Source of the DNA: Scyliorhinus canicula
Taxonomy: Eukaryota
Assembly (NCBI RefSeq): GCF_902713615.1
Contig: NC_052164.1
Location: forward strand, 83,055,830-83,119,829
Reading direction: 5' to 3'
Length of the DNA: 64,000 nt
Within the stretch, counting starts at the first letter, position 1, and each line of letters opens with the position of its first letter. Made by a program: the position numbers and the translations under genes. The notes beneath the pieces were generated by a model that did no database searches, had not been told where the DNA came from, and was given only the letters and a program-made list of their open reading frames with translations. Shown piece after piece: positions 24,281 to 36,510 of this stretch.

Positions 24281-25774
24281 ATATGAGGATGGGGCTGCAG
24301 TGCCATAAGAAGTTGAATGACTTTCCTCGTGCAGCCAGGGTAAGTCTGACTCTTCATGTCTCCCCGCAGCGCCTCTTAAAAACACCCCTCATACCTCCAC
24401 AGTGATCTCACACTCACCCACCTCGCGGGGTCACAGCAGTTGTCATGCACCTCTACCCTTCTTCTCATAATCCCCTCATAGCTCCCGTGCCCCTCACCTG
24501 CCCTCTCCCACTCACCTCCCACACATGCCAGATTTCATTAGCATCTGACATAGCAAAATTCCTGCATGCACCTTTCTCACCTGTCTCATTACAGGACAAA
24601 CCTGAAAACAACACGTGAACAGGCACAGGCTGCTGGAGTGATGCCCGGAGCTCATGACTCTTACCCCTTTCGAGGAACGAGCCTTTGAACTTGCTGGCAA
24701 GGAGCTGGACCACACCTGTGCAGAATGCGAGGTGAGGAGTGGGGCAAAAACAAGTGGGAACACTCAACACATCTAGTCATGGTGCAAGCCTCACATGAGT
24801 AACCTTTCTCGTATCAGTAGTTCCTTGTACTACTCTAATACCATCTCCCTTCCATTGCAGGCCAATCAGCAGACTAGCCCAGACCACCCTCAAGGCCCCT
24901 GGACACCACAGACCCAAGCAGCTTCGAGGGAGACATCTGCGAGACGAGCATAGAAGAAGCAACACATTTGTCACCTGCATCCTCCACCAGCACAGATATT
25001 TGCACCTCAGTGAAAATAAAGTAGTAGTCAGGATTCTAGATCACTCACTGATGAGCACTTCAAACCTGATAATCCACAGCAGGTGGAGGCAGGAATGTCC
25101 TAGGGATCTGGCACCCCGAAGGATGCCAGAGCCCAGGACTTTGCTGTGCCCCAGGCCAACAATGTGCCCCTGGGTACAGTCATCCCAGAGCAGCCAGAGC
25201 TCTAAAGCAGAGTTTCAAGCATCAGGAAGGGATGGCAGCACCCCTCCTTGGATGCAATGCTGACTGAAGGAGTCCCGTTGCCTGTTCTCTGAGAAGATGA
25301 TGCCATCGCTCTGAAAGAATAAGGCGATCATTGTGAGAGTGGAGGCTTTGCCATATGATGGGCACTTCATGGCAGGGGGTGTCTGCTCCATGGTTCAGGT
25401 TATGATTTTCCTGATTGAGGACATGGGTTCCATGGTGTAGAGCTTCAACTGCATGGTGCAGGTACTAGTGGGAAGAGGGGCTTTTGGATCTCATTCCAGC
25501 TGCCCTCTACCCCATGGAGGAGCCCAGGGGCCCTCGGGCACCTGAAGGTAAGAGGATTGGCAGATTCGCAGTCTGGGGCCTTCCACCAAGGAGATCTGTG
25601 TTGCTCATGTGGAGGGGTGCATCAGATGGGCACACTGAGCAGGGCAGCACTGCAAATGCCTGAGGGTTGGGAGTACATTCTGACTGCACTCATCCTCCCC
25701 CCTGTGTGAGGGTCTTCTGCTCTCATGTAGCTGCTAAACATCCCGTGTCAGACTCCCCCCTCTGCCCACGCCCA

Positions 25775-26130
25775 GGGCAGCACGGTAGCATTGTGGATAG
25801 CACAATCGCTTCACAGCTCCAGGGGCCCAGGTTCGATTCTGCCTTGGGTCACTGTCTGTGCGGAGTCTGCACATCCTCCCTGTGTGTGCGTGGGTTTCCT
25901 CCAGGTGCTCCGGTTTCCTCCCACAGTCCAAAGATGTGCTGGGTTAGGTGGATTGGCCATGATAAATTGCCCTTAGTGTCCAAAATTGCCCTTAGTGTTG
26001 GGTGGGGTTACTGAGTTATGGGGATAGGGTGGAGGTGTTGGCCTTGGATAGGGGGTAGGGTGCTCTTTCCAAGAGCCGGTGCAGACTCGATGGGCCGAAT
26101 GGCCTCCTTCTGCACTGTAAATTCTATGTA
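25775..26130 (+). mobile_element. Full-length HE1-type V-SINE
   Basis: tRNA head, V-domain gtgggtttcctccaggtgctccggtttcctcccacagtccaaagatgtg, CR1-like tail gggccgaatggcctccttctgcactgtaaattctatg. Confidence 0.9.
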
Positions 26131-26424
26131 AAACCCCACCCAGGGACCTCATAGTCAACCCCAATGCTGACCCAGTGATTGCTAGCACCCACCTCCAGCT
26201 ACCACTATAGAAGGGCAATCCCTCAGCGGACTGACAGCTATAAGCCCAGCAACAGCCACCCAAGAAACAAAACCATGCACAGCAGCCACCAAACCCCTGG
26301 AGAGCTGGATGGCCAAAGCAGTGAATGGCTGCCTCAAAACACTGAGACACAACCCCTCATGGGATTTTGCGCCCGCATCGCCATTCTCACTGAGAGCTAA
26401 GGCTAGCTCAAAATTCTGCCCATG

Positions 26425-27510
26425 ATGGAAATGTTTCTTAGGTTCAATATTTGATAGGGTATCTTTACGGAATCTTGGGTTGATGGTGGAGGAGGCATGT
26501 GGGCGCCTTCAGTGGAAACACTGCTTTCTCCGTGTAAGGGCCCTCCCCTTAGCCTGAGGATGCTACTGTCCATCATCCTGGAGTTCTTGGACCCCTTGCC
26601 TGGTGTTCTCCAGGGATAGTGCTATTTCTATAGCCCTGTTGAGATCTAGGTTGGGCACCGGCAGCAATTTCTTTGAGGTTGTCACATTTTTAAATACATA
26701 CACTAGCCTATCACGTAGTATCTCGATTAGCAACGGACCAAACTCACCGTACTCTGCAGACTGGATGGGCTGAATGCTCTCCTTCTGCACTGTACGGATT
26801 CTATGATTTCTATGGAACTTTCACGATATAGCCAAGAATTCCGTAATGGGTTTCCCCAGTGGCCTTCCAGCTGTGTTGAATCCGTGGCATTTGAGGATAA
26901 TGGATGGCTTTGGATTGTAATGGTTCTTTATTAAATCCACAAGCTCATCAAACCTTTTTGTGTTGGAAGCTATGAGGATATGTTCTGCTCTTGATAATGC
27001 TAAACATTGAGGCCCTGCATGCTGTTGGGAAAATTACTTAATATCTGTCATCGCCTTCAATGCTGGAAGCGTGAACAAAATAGCGCATGTGCTCGGCATT
27101 CTGGTCCCAGTTCTCTACGTTCACATCAAATAGTTCTAGTTTCCCGAAGAAAGGCATTTCTGGGTTTCTCTTTTTTTTCTCTACCGAAGCTGTCTTCTGG
27201 AGTTATAACAAGCTGCTCAGAATCCTGTGCTTGATCCTCGTCGACAATGTAATAATTCCAGGAGGCGCAGGCTAAAAGGCAAAAGTGATTTACTGAAACA
27301 CAAAATAAAGCCACGGCCACGACGTACAAAACAAATGTCCCAGCCGGGACTCTTGAGAACTTCTAGTCCAGGACTTAGGGTCTATATTTAAGGCCCGGCT
27401 AGCGAGCCCCTATTGGGTGGGCTTCCACCCGCTCACCATGGGAACTCGCATTTTATGAAGCCCACGGGGAGATCAATCATTGATCCCCTGTGGTTTTTGT
27501 GAGGGTTTTA
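26425..27510 (-). mobile_element. Gypsy LTR + PBS + degenerate gag
   Basis: LTR end at 27248 next to PBS-like TGTCGACGAGGA; gag motifs FDVNVENWDQ, EILRDRLV, LDLNRAIEIALSLE. Confidence 0.75.
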
Positions 27511-27529
27511 AGTGGGATTAATTTAATGT

Positions 27530-28170
27530 TACTGTGTAAAACCTATTGTTTATTTCATGCTGGACAAAGGTGTTTGTACGTTTGGGGGCTGATTCAGTTC
27601 CAACTGTGCATCTGTCTTACTTAGAGAGGGTTATGACGTGAAGAATAAATAAAAGCTAGCCGAAGAATGTGACCGGTTTACCAGCTTGTTTCCCAGTTAG
27701 CATTCATGACAGTTGTATCTTGGGAGTTTGCAGACCCCAAACATTTACGAGGGGAGCAGCGAATGGAGGGATTGCTCCTCAGGGACAAAAGATATCCATT
27801 CAGGAGGTGGCTCCTGACACCAGTGAGGAGGCCACAAATATCCGCTGAGCCTCGCTACAAGAAATCTCATTCATAAATGTGTGCATTGGTCGAGCAGGCG
27901 GTTCTGGTGCCTGGACTGGTTGGAGGGAGCCCTGCAATATAGCCCCCAGAGGGTGTCCCACATCATAGTAGCCTGCTGCACTCTGCACAACCTGGCAGCG
28001 GGGAGAGCAACTGGACGTGGAAGAGATGGAGGAGAAGGCTTTCGAGGACGGCAGCGAGGGACAACCCACGGAGGTGACGGAGGAGGACCTCGGGCTATAG
28101 CCAGGGCCCACATAGGGCCCAGGTCGAGGGATGCCCTTATAAACCTCCCGTTTTGGGGATGAACAGGCTA
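27530..28170 (+). pseudogene. PIF/Harbinger transposase C-terminal remnant
   Basis: HDSCIL, GDKRYP, RFWCLDWLEGALQYSPQRVSHIIVACCTLHNLA. Confidence 0.8.
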
Positions 28171-28862
28171 GGGTGTGAACCCCACTCCTACCATGGGGTC
28201 TTACATCCTTTTAGTCTGGCATAGCCTGCAGAAAGTCATCATATTGGTGACAATATTCATGGGCAGGGCGCGAAAGCGATTGGGCAAACGCTGCAGGAGA
28301 ATGATGATGCCTTGCAGTGAGGATAGTTTGATGCCCCTCTTATCCTCTGCAAAATGTCTTACCCCTGCTGAAGAGAGAGATGAGCACGATCTGCCATTAG
28401 ACAGGGTGATCTAGGAGTCCGGAGAGGCTGAATGACGCATCTCAGTTGCTATTGCCACCTCGGAGGTTAGGGGTCCCAGTGTTTTTCTCAACCTACTGGC
28501 GAGGTGGACAGACTCACAATTTTTCAGCCATGAGCATTCTCATGACTCGAGATTTCTGGGAGACATTAGAGGGCTGAACATTGCTTTTGGGGGGGGGGGG
28601 GAGGTGTTGCATGTTGCGGAGAGGGTGATCCATCATGGATGTGGGGTTGGGGTGGGGAGTGCATTTAGGGGTCGGCATGGCTTTACTGTGTCGTCAATGT
28701 GGGAGATGGGAGAGACATAGCGCTATCATTCTCTCATTGCACAGGGAGGAAGCACCAGGTTTGCACGGGGGTTTGCAGAGTATAGCGGCATGACATGGCA
28801 GCGTGGAGGATCTTTATGGATCAACAAAGTGATTTTTAATACAATTGAGGTACTACAATGGT

Positions 28863-29075
28863 CTTAGAGGTTTAGCCCAGCAGGGGAGCGTAGCTACGTC
28901 ATATACCCCAGACCGGCGCAGTGGTCCTCTTCTAGAGGGTCATCCTCTGCGACCGAGCGCTGAGTTTCAGGGGCTGTGAGGGAAGGGGGACACCCGCCTA
29001 GCTCGCCAGATCAGCCAAATCAACCCGAGCAATCAATGGGGTGACAGATGTCGCAGCCAGATCGCCCTCACACCC
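28863..29075 (-). pseudogene. RN7SK: 7SK snRNA retropseudogene, 3'-truncated, no poly(A)
   Basis: Minus strand reads GGGTGTGAGGGCGATCTGGCTGCGACATCTGTCACCCCATTGAT..CTAGGCGGGTGTCCCC..GTAGCTACGCTCCCCTGCT, matching vertebrate 7SK 5' region; TSD GAGG(T/C)ACTACAATGGT at 28847-28862 and 29076-29091. Confidence 0.93.
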
Positions 29076-29380
29076 GAGGCACTACAATGGTGACTTACCT
29101 CTACTAGTGCCAAGGTTTGTCCGTGCCCATTTAGCGCCTATCATTTCTTATTCTTCCTCACTGTCCTGCTACATCTATGTGTATGCTCAGGATCCACAAA
29201 TAGGGTTGAGGCGGCCTGCTGAATTCCATGCCCTGTTGCCTAGGATGACCTTGATGAGTATCCAATGGAGGGGGGTGGGGGGAACCTTAAGGGTCCAGGC
29301 CTGCTCTCGGGCTGCACAGGTGTTACAGTGCTGCCTTCCTCAGTGTGTGGTGCTGCAGGTGTGTTTCTCACAGGAAGGTA

Positions 29381-29868
29381 GTGACAATCCTGATTCTTTT
29401 GCTGTCAGTCTGGTCTCAATAAAATTTGAGACAGATTTGCAGGTATCAATTATTGTTTATTTTAACCAGCTAGCTGGGTGACTCACTCTATTGGGAGAAC
29501 AGGACACAACCATGTCTCCTGGATCTTCAACAGCGAGTGAACAAAGGGCCAACACATTTCTGTACAGATACATTCAAGTTGCATCAAATTTCACATACAT
29601 ACGACCAAATAACAGTAATGAATGCAAAATTCCCATAGGCTATCCGGATACACTTCTTGACCTGGCCATATGTCCTGATTGGCTCATTGGGGGGGGGGGG
29701 GGGGGGGGGGGGCTTTCACTCAGCATTCTCGTCCTAGCAATTACCCATCCCACCATCCAAGCCATGCTTTGCCCAGTTCTTTTGTTCCGGCTCCTATACC
29801 TGGGTATTCTCTACATTATCCTAACTAATTATCCCATTTTGTATCACATTCGTTTGTTCAAGTCCTCA
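29381..29868 (-). mobile_element. Probable solo LTR
   Basis: TGAC...CTCA termini, flanks GTAG/GTGG, TTTATT and CCAAT/ATTGG motifs. Confidence 0.45.
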
Positions 29869-31024
29869 GTGGCATGAGATGAGCTGGACAACCCCAGGGT
29901 CTCCTGGGTGGAAGGCCCTTAGCTGGGATCCTGCCAATCCTCTGCCCTTAGGGTGCCCAATAGCCCCTGGGCTCTTTCATGCGATAGAAGGGCAGCTGGA
30001 GAGCGATCCAGAAGCCTCCTCTGGCACTGACATTCGTGGATTCCTACTGGTCCCTGCATCATGCTCTGCACCATGGAACTCATGCTCTCAGCCATGGAGG
30101 TCGGAGCTGAGCCATGGAGTGGACACCCCTGTCATGGAGTTTGTGCCAAGTCTGCGATGCACACACCACCCTCACAGTGTTGGCCTCATTGCCCCAAAGT
30201 GACTGTATCATCTCCTCTAACAGAAGGCGATGGGAATCCTCCAGTCAACCTTGCAGTCCAAGAAGGGATGCTGCTATTCCTTCCTGATGCTTGTGACTCA
30301 GTTGTTGTCGCTCCAGCTGCTCTGGATGACCATACCCAGGGGCATGTCATCGGCCTGGGGCTCAGCAGGGTCCTGGGCTCTGGTGCATCCCTCTAAGTGC
30401 CGGATCCCTGGGACGTCCCTGCTGTAGATTTTCAGCTGTAGATGCTCACCAGTGAGTAAATTATCATATTACATTAGATATCCCAATATCTAGGCCAACA
30501 TTCATCCCTTAACTATCACCACCAGGTTAACATGTTAGCCATCTAATTTGTGCTATGAGACTGGCCTGCAGTCCTTGATTCCAGAACAACAGTGACTACA
30601 ATTCAAAATAAATTGACTGAGAACAACTTCAGAGAACGCTGATGACAGGAAAGATGTTACATAAATACAAGTCCCTTATTATGTTTTACATATATTAATA
30701 TACTAATTCCTCAAAATTACATTCTAAACCACTGATATGAACTGAGAATACAAGTGGCCAGAATTTGCTGTCAAAGTAATGGTGAGGCTGATGGGGTTCA
30801 CGATTATTTTTGCACAGATGGCACAGTAATTTCCAGTAAGTGACAGATAGCAGTTAAAGTTAAATTAACAAAAGTTGCTGACCGGGTTTGCTCTGCAGGT
30901 AGATTCTCAAAAACATCATCTTACATTGAATTTGCTTATTCTAATGTACACGTCCTTCTCAGCTCTTGTACTGTTAATCTCACAATCCCTCAATCTGATT
31001 TGCTCAATAGGGACATAGATCTGA

Positions 31025-31485
31025 GTGCCGGGTCTCAGGTTCTATCTCGGCCCCGGGTCACTTTCCGTGTGGGGTTTGCAAATTCTCCCATGACTGCGTG
31101 GGTCTCACCCCCACAACCCAAAGGTATGCAGGGTAGATGGAATGGCCACGCTAAATTGCACCTTAATTGGAATTTTTTTTTAAAAAGGAGGGACATAGAC
31201 GTTTGTCCTGTTCATGTAGCACAGTGGTTAGCACTGTTGCCTCACAGCGCTAGGGATCCGGATTCGATTCCCGGCTCTGTATCTGCGTGGTGTTTTCTCC
31301 GGGTGCTCCAGTTTCCTCCCACAAGTCCTGAAAAACGAGCTTGTTAGGTGAATTGGACATTCTGAATTCTCCCTCAGTGCACCCGAACAGGCGCCTGAGT
31401 GTGGCGACTAGGGGATTTTCACAGTAACTTCATTACTGTGTTAATGTAAGCCTACTTGTGACACTAATAAAGATTATTATTATTA
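31025..31485 (+). mobile_element. Two adjacent V-SINE copies (31025-31185, 31215-31485)
   Basis: B-box and V-domain motifs; second ends in (TTA)n. Confidence 0.8.
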
Positions 31486-33196
31486 CTTACATTGCAGATA
31501 CCTAGTTTACCTCACTGTGCCATTAGCAGCTCCTCCTTGTAACAACTAGCTAGCAAAAAAATTAAAACCCTAAACATGCAATTAAACGTGCCAGAGCAAG
31601 TCTAACTAATGGCAAACACTGTTCATACAATGCCACAGCAAATTATGACCAATGAAGTATAACTAGGTTGAGATATGCCTAAACCTCACAGATTTATGGA
31701 CAACAAACCAAAGACATTTGTTGTTTCATCAAGTCATGCATGACAAAATGCCTGGTCACATTCTTGCAGTAGATTTGTTTATTTGATGACACCACAGGGT
31801 TAGCATTGAGCATCTAAATTATCCTAACACAGAGCTGTGTTTTGCATTTCTTAAATTCAAACGCACAACAAAAGTAATTTCCCATGTTAGGTTTCTTGGA
31901 AATACACGTCTGCAGTGGTTGTAGACATTTAAAAAAAGTTAAAATTAATTCAAGTTAGCTCTCCATTGTAACAGTCCTTCCCTGATATGTTTCTTTCATC
32001 TGAGACATCAATCAAATCCTTCATTTGTTCATAGAGGCCTTGTTGATTTCATAAAAAGGTAAACAATAAAAGTATTTTTTCCACGTCTGCTGGGAAGAGG
32101 TTACAGCTCCCATGAGAAGCCTGCAGTGGACTCTCTGGGAACAAAGGAAACTCTATATCCATTTGACATTTAACTGGTAGCGGCAAGGCATTTGCTCTTC
32201 CTCAAGAACTGCAATAAGCACAAACTCTTTTGTTGTTTGAAAATTTGTCGGCCCAGTGAGCAGATGCCAGCATTTAATCTGCCTGAAAGGGATGCCAGCC
32301 TTTCTTCTGGCTGATAGTGTGCTGCCAAGTCGTCTGAATCATAACGAATGAAACAAAGCCATTTAGATTTTATTAATCAGGCAGATTAAGCCAGGGTTTT
32401 TCTTCTTTACAATCCATCAGCTGAAATATTTGAGACAATGTTAACTAATATATGCAATGAATATCTCTTTGTACTTTTATAAAACTACTAAGGGTAAATA
32501 CTCCCATATTCCCACTGGTGGGATCAATGGCGGCTGGGGGGAGTGGGGGTGGGTTGAATTCGGCTGGAGATGTAAAAATCAGTTTCAAGCCAGCATGGAA
32601 TGATAGCAAGAACTTCCGACATAGCAGATCATGATTCCTGCCAGAAGCCGATATGCATCCTACTAATGGGATATAAATGAAGGCCTAACCACAATCTCCT
32701 CCCCACACCACACACACACACACACACACACACAATTCTCCACGATGCCAGGAGGAAAACACGCGGCATTCAAGAGTCAGGACTTGCCTGAAAGGCCTTG
32801 CAGCTGTGGACATCTGCCTCCAGGAGCCAGACCCTGGAGCAACACGTGCATCACAGGATCGGTGTAGCCTCATCAGAGGTTTAAAGAAGACAAATAAAAA
32901 ACAAGTGCTATTTTATTCCGTTTGTGTGCCTGGAATAAACTAATTTTCATGTGGATGGTGGTTGCGTGCTTTGATCTTGAATGTTTTTCTTCCCAAAATT
33001 GTGATTTTGTGGTACCAGTTTCGGTATTTAAGTTGAAAAGCTAACAAAAGGGAAGTGTCATTAATAAATAAAATTTTCCAAGTTATGAATCTGGAGTCAT
33101 GGTTACTGGCCTGAATTATGATTTCAGGGTGTTTTGATAATCGTGGGAATTTTAATCAGGATACAAATTCACACATGTGAGAATGAGATAATCTTT

Positions 33197-35878
33197 GGGT
33201 GCGATTCTCCGGAAACATTTCCAAGCGTTTTAGCGAGCAGGAATTCATTGAACCATAGAATTTACAGTGCTGAAGCAGGCTATTCGGCCCATTGAGTCTG
33301 CACCGGCCCTTGGAAAGAGCACTAAGCCCACGCCCACACCTCCACCCTATCCCAATAACCCCACTTAACCTTTTTGGACACTAAGGGCAATTTAGCATGG
33401 CCAATCCATCTAACCCGCACATCTTTGGTCTGTGGGAGGAAACCGGAGCTCCCAGAGGAAACCCATGTACACACGGAGAGAACGTACAGACTCTGCACAG
33501 AGAGTGACCCAAGCCGGGAATCGAACCTGAGATTCTGGAACTGAGAAGCAACTGTGCTAACCACAATGCTACTGTGCTGCGAGCCGCAAGCTTCCCAACG
33601 GTCAGTCCAGCAAGGCAGGTAACGCTATACAACATTAATTGGTCCACTTAACGAGGCCTCATGGACTTCTCGCTGCAAATGAAGGCTTGCCAGCTGATTC
33701 GCTGGGACCATGCTTGCCAACCCCCCACTAACAAGGTCGAGCAGCTCTTAAGCAGCACTTGTTCAGCCAACCCCAGACAGCTCGCAATGGTGCTGAGGAG
33801 ACCTCAAGATTTGGGGACGCTGACCTAGGAGGCTGCTAGACGCAGTGCAGGCCAGGAGGGATGCCTTGATCCCCTGAGGGTCCAGAGGGTTAGCCATAAA
33901 GCAGTTAGTGCTGCCTGGGAAGAGGTGGCGGCGGCTGGGAGCGCCGGGTGTGACCAAGAGGACTGGCCTCAAGTCAGGAAGAAGGTGAATGACCTGAACC
34001 GGGCAACACGAGTGAGTAGACACCACAGCCCACCCCCAACCCCCCAGACCACTCCATGGAAGTGTTTACCAACCTCTACCCATGGAAGTGTTTACCAACC
34101 TCTCCCTTCAACTCCCAACCCTTCCTTCACCCCCTCCTCTTCAATCCCCGAAACCCATCCTTCACACACACACCCTCCCACCACTGTGAACCACGCATGT
34201 GGCTAATGATGCCCTCTCCGTATTTCCTCAGGAAATGCTCTCCCTGAACTATTGGGAGAGGGCCCAGACTGGCGGAGGCGTGCCAGACATAAGAATCCCC
34301 ACCACCTTCAAGGAGCATGCCTGGAGGTGACCGGTGTAGCCGAGGACAGAGCGGTCACCAACGCGGAGGCTTGCGGATTCTGCAGAGGTGAGGAACCACC
34401 GGGTTCCGCACGGAGGACCTGTCAAACACGAGTTGTTACTTCCTTCTTGACTGATCTTTCCCACTGACCACATGTCCATTCACCTGCAAGTCCTCCAGCC
34501 AATGGCGCCAGACCATCCTGGTCAGCACCCTCTCCAGCCTCCCAGAAGATCACCTCTGAGGAGAGCTCCGAGGATTCCACCGTAATAGTCGCAGCACAGC
34601 TGTCATCCCCACCCTCCAGCAGCGCAAATATACACACCTCTGTGGGTAATATTAGTGGTCAGGCTTCTGGGGCACAGTCTGGTGAGCACCTTACTGTTGC
34701 TGATGTACATCAGGTGGAGGCAGGAACCCCCAGACGCTGGCTGCTGGATCCCATGACTCAGCTCAGTCCCAGCCTGATGCTGTGCCTGTGGAACAGGCTG
34801 TCGCACATCGAGGATCACTTAGGGCACAGGGGGAGGGGGTGGGGAAGGGTAGGTAGGGGATGAGGGTGCTGGGGGTTGGGGTGGAGGAGGGGGAAGTACC
34901 ATTGGGAGGGTGTGGAATTGTCAAACAATAAACACCTTTGTGCACACTAAGTATGATGCCTCTGTCACTTTCTCCCGTAATGTGGGCTGACCTCTGAACC
35001 CTTGGCCAATCTCCCCAAGCATTTCCCCCTCCCCATGGCACTCAACCCCCTTTTGGCCTCGGGCATGTCCGTGGAGCTGTGTCCCAACCCCTGGGTGTTC
35101 GGATGTAGGCTGCTGCATGTGTGGTGTTGCCTCCTGCAGTTTTCAAACACAGTGTCCAGGCATCAAGGTGTGATTAGGATGCTAAGCAATGACTCCCACA
35201 TGCTACATGGCCCACCCATACACGGAATCCATGTGGGTTGTGTGAATTGCCAATTCCCAATTAGCAATACCTTCAGCCACACTAGAGGCCTCGGCAATCG
35301 ATGGGGGTTATGGGTGATCAGTGGGGCAGACAAGCAGGGACAAGATTGGGTAAACACGATCCAGGGGTTGGCATGGTTATGCCATGAGTGGTTGCACCCC
35401 GGTTTCTCCCCAGCGCACCCCTCCACCCTCCTATGGTGGCCAACCCCTGCGGAAGATCCTCCACCCCCATCCAAGGGTTTCCCACCCCCACCGTGCACCG
35501 GGCTGGCAGGCCCTGCAACCCCGGGCTCTTTGCCTGTGAGCAAAGATGGCTAATCACCTCCTCGGCTCCCTACAGAAGCTGCCAGGTTCACATTTTTCAA
35601 AAGGAGAACTAATTGGCGCCAGCGCTGGGGAGGCCGCTGAATGGTGGAGGCCGTTGGATACGCGGGAGCTCTCTTCAATTCTTTCGAAATGGGGCTTAAG
35701 TGGTGATAATTGGTTTCTCGGCACGCTACAGCGAGATCCTGATTTCATTTACGGGAGCGGGCTGGTTACATCACAAACTGTTTGGCGCCTGGCGCGGTTC
35801 TCATTTTTGGCCTCTTCTGCTAATCACCGGCCTCATTTTGCTTGAGTGAGAGCATAATGAGGCCAGAGAATCGTGTCC
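33197..35878 (+). mobile_element. Non-autonomous PIF/Harbinger element with spliced Myb/SANT-like gene remnant
   Basis: TIRs GGGTGCGATTCTCC / AGAGAATCGTGTCC; exon 1 33787-34011 (LLDAVQARR..AWEEVAA..RKKVNDLNRATR|GTGAGT); exon 2 34232-34387 (ERAQTGGGVPDIRI). Confidence 0.8.
33250..33580 (-). mobile_element. HE1-type V-SINE
   Basis: Reverse complement of the SINE at 25775. Confidence 0.88.
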
Positions 35879-36029
35879 TTAATGTTCAATAGGTTGATTT
35901 GAATTTGGGATACTTGAAGCGATTTTGACCAATGTGAAATTGGATTGGTCTTGGGTTAGAAAATTGTTGCAAAAGTTTAAAGATGTATTCCTGACACAGC
36001 TGTCACAAAGAAAAAGGAAAATTTTGAAA

Positions 36030-36510
36030 TAAAAACAGAAAATGCTGGATAAGCCCAGCTGCCCTGGCAGCATCTGTGGAGAGAAACAGAGGGGTGAATT
36101 CTCCGCCGGCGGCATTCTCCGTTCCGCTGGCATTGCACCCCCGCCCGCAGATTTCCCAGTGGTGTGGGTTGCGTACAATAGGAAATCCCATCGGCCAGTG
36201 GCGGGAACGGAGAATACCATTGCCGGTGATGGTGCCCTGCCAAGAAACACGGGGATGAGGAGGCAGAGAATTCACCCCGGAGTTAACATTTTGAGTACAA
36301 ATGGACTCTTGCAGAACTTAAGAAAGGTAGAAATAGAATTGATTATATTGTAGCTGGAGGAGGTGGGGCAGAATGGAAGAACAGGGCAAAGGGGAGATTG
36401 ACAAATGTGTCATGGGCATAAGATGAAGAAAAGTGGGGACTGTTAATGGTGCTATTAATTTTCTGTTTTTATTTCCAATTTCCAGCTTCTGCATTAGTTT
36501 GCTTTTATTT
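36030..36510. mobile_element. Inverted-repeat element probably derived from Penelope pseudo-LTRs
   Basis: AAAAACAGAAAATGCTGG.. left and ..TTTTCTGTTTTTATTTCCAATTTCCAGC right; related copies at ~20860-21025 and ~61530-61680. Confidence 0.5.
36091..36278. mobile_element. 188-bp Harbinger-type MITE
   Basis: Perfect 13-bp TIR GGGGTGAATTCTC/GAGAATTCACCCC; 3-bp flanks AGA/GGA; splits host motif aaacaga|gttaac. Confidence 0.85.

Larger units (their letters stand above)
23620..26420 (+). mobile_element. Non-autonomous PIF/Harbinger element carrying a spliced Myb/SANT-like gene remnant
   Basis: Termini GGAGTGGAATTTT / AAAATTCTGCCC; exon 1 from 23865 FTEGALRKLLDGVEQR..RMGLQCHKKLNDF..RAAR|GTAAGT (24339); exon 2 from 24595 with LTPFEERAFELAG. 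Confidence 0.75.

Noticed and set aside
28863-29075. Functional 7SK gene
   Set aside because: 3' third and oligo-T terminator missing, flanked by TSD, no PSE/TATA evident upstream
34054-34103. 26-bp tandem duplication
   Set aside because: Simple slippage within a transposon intron
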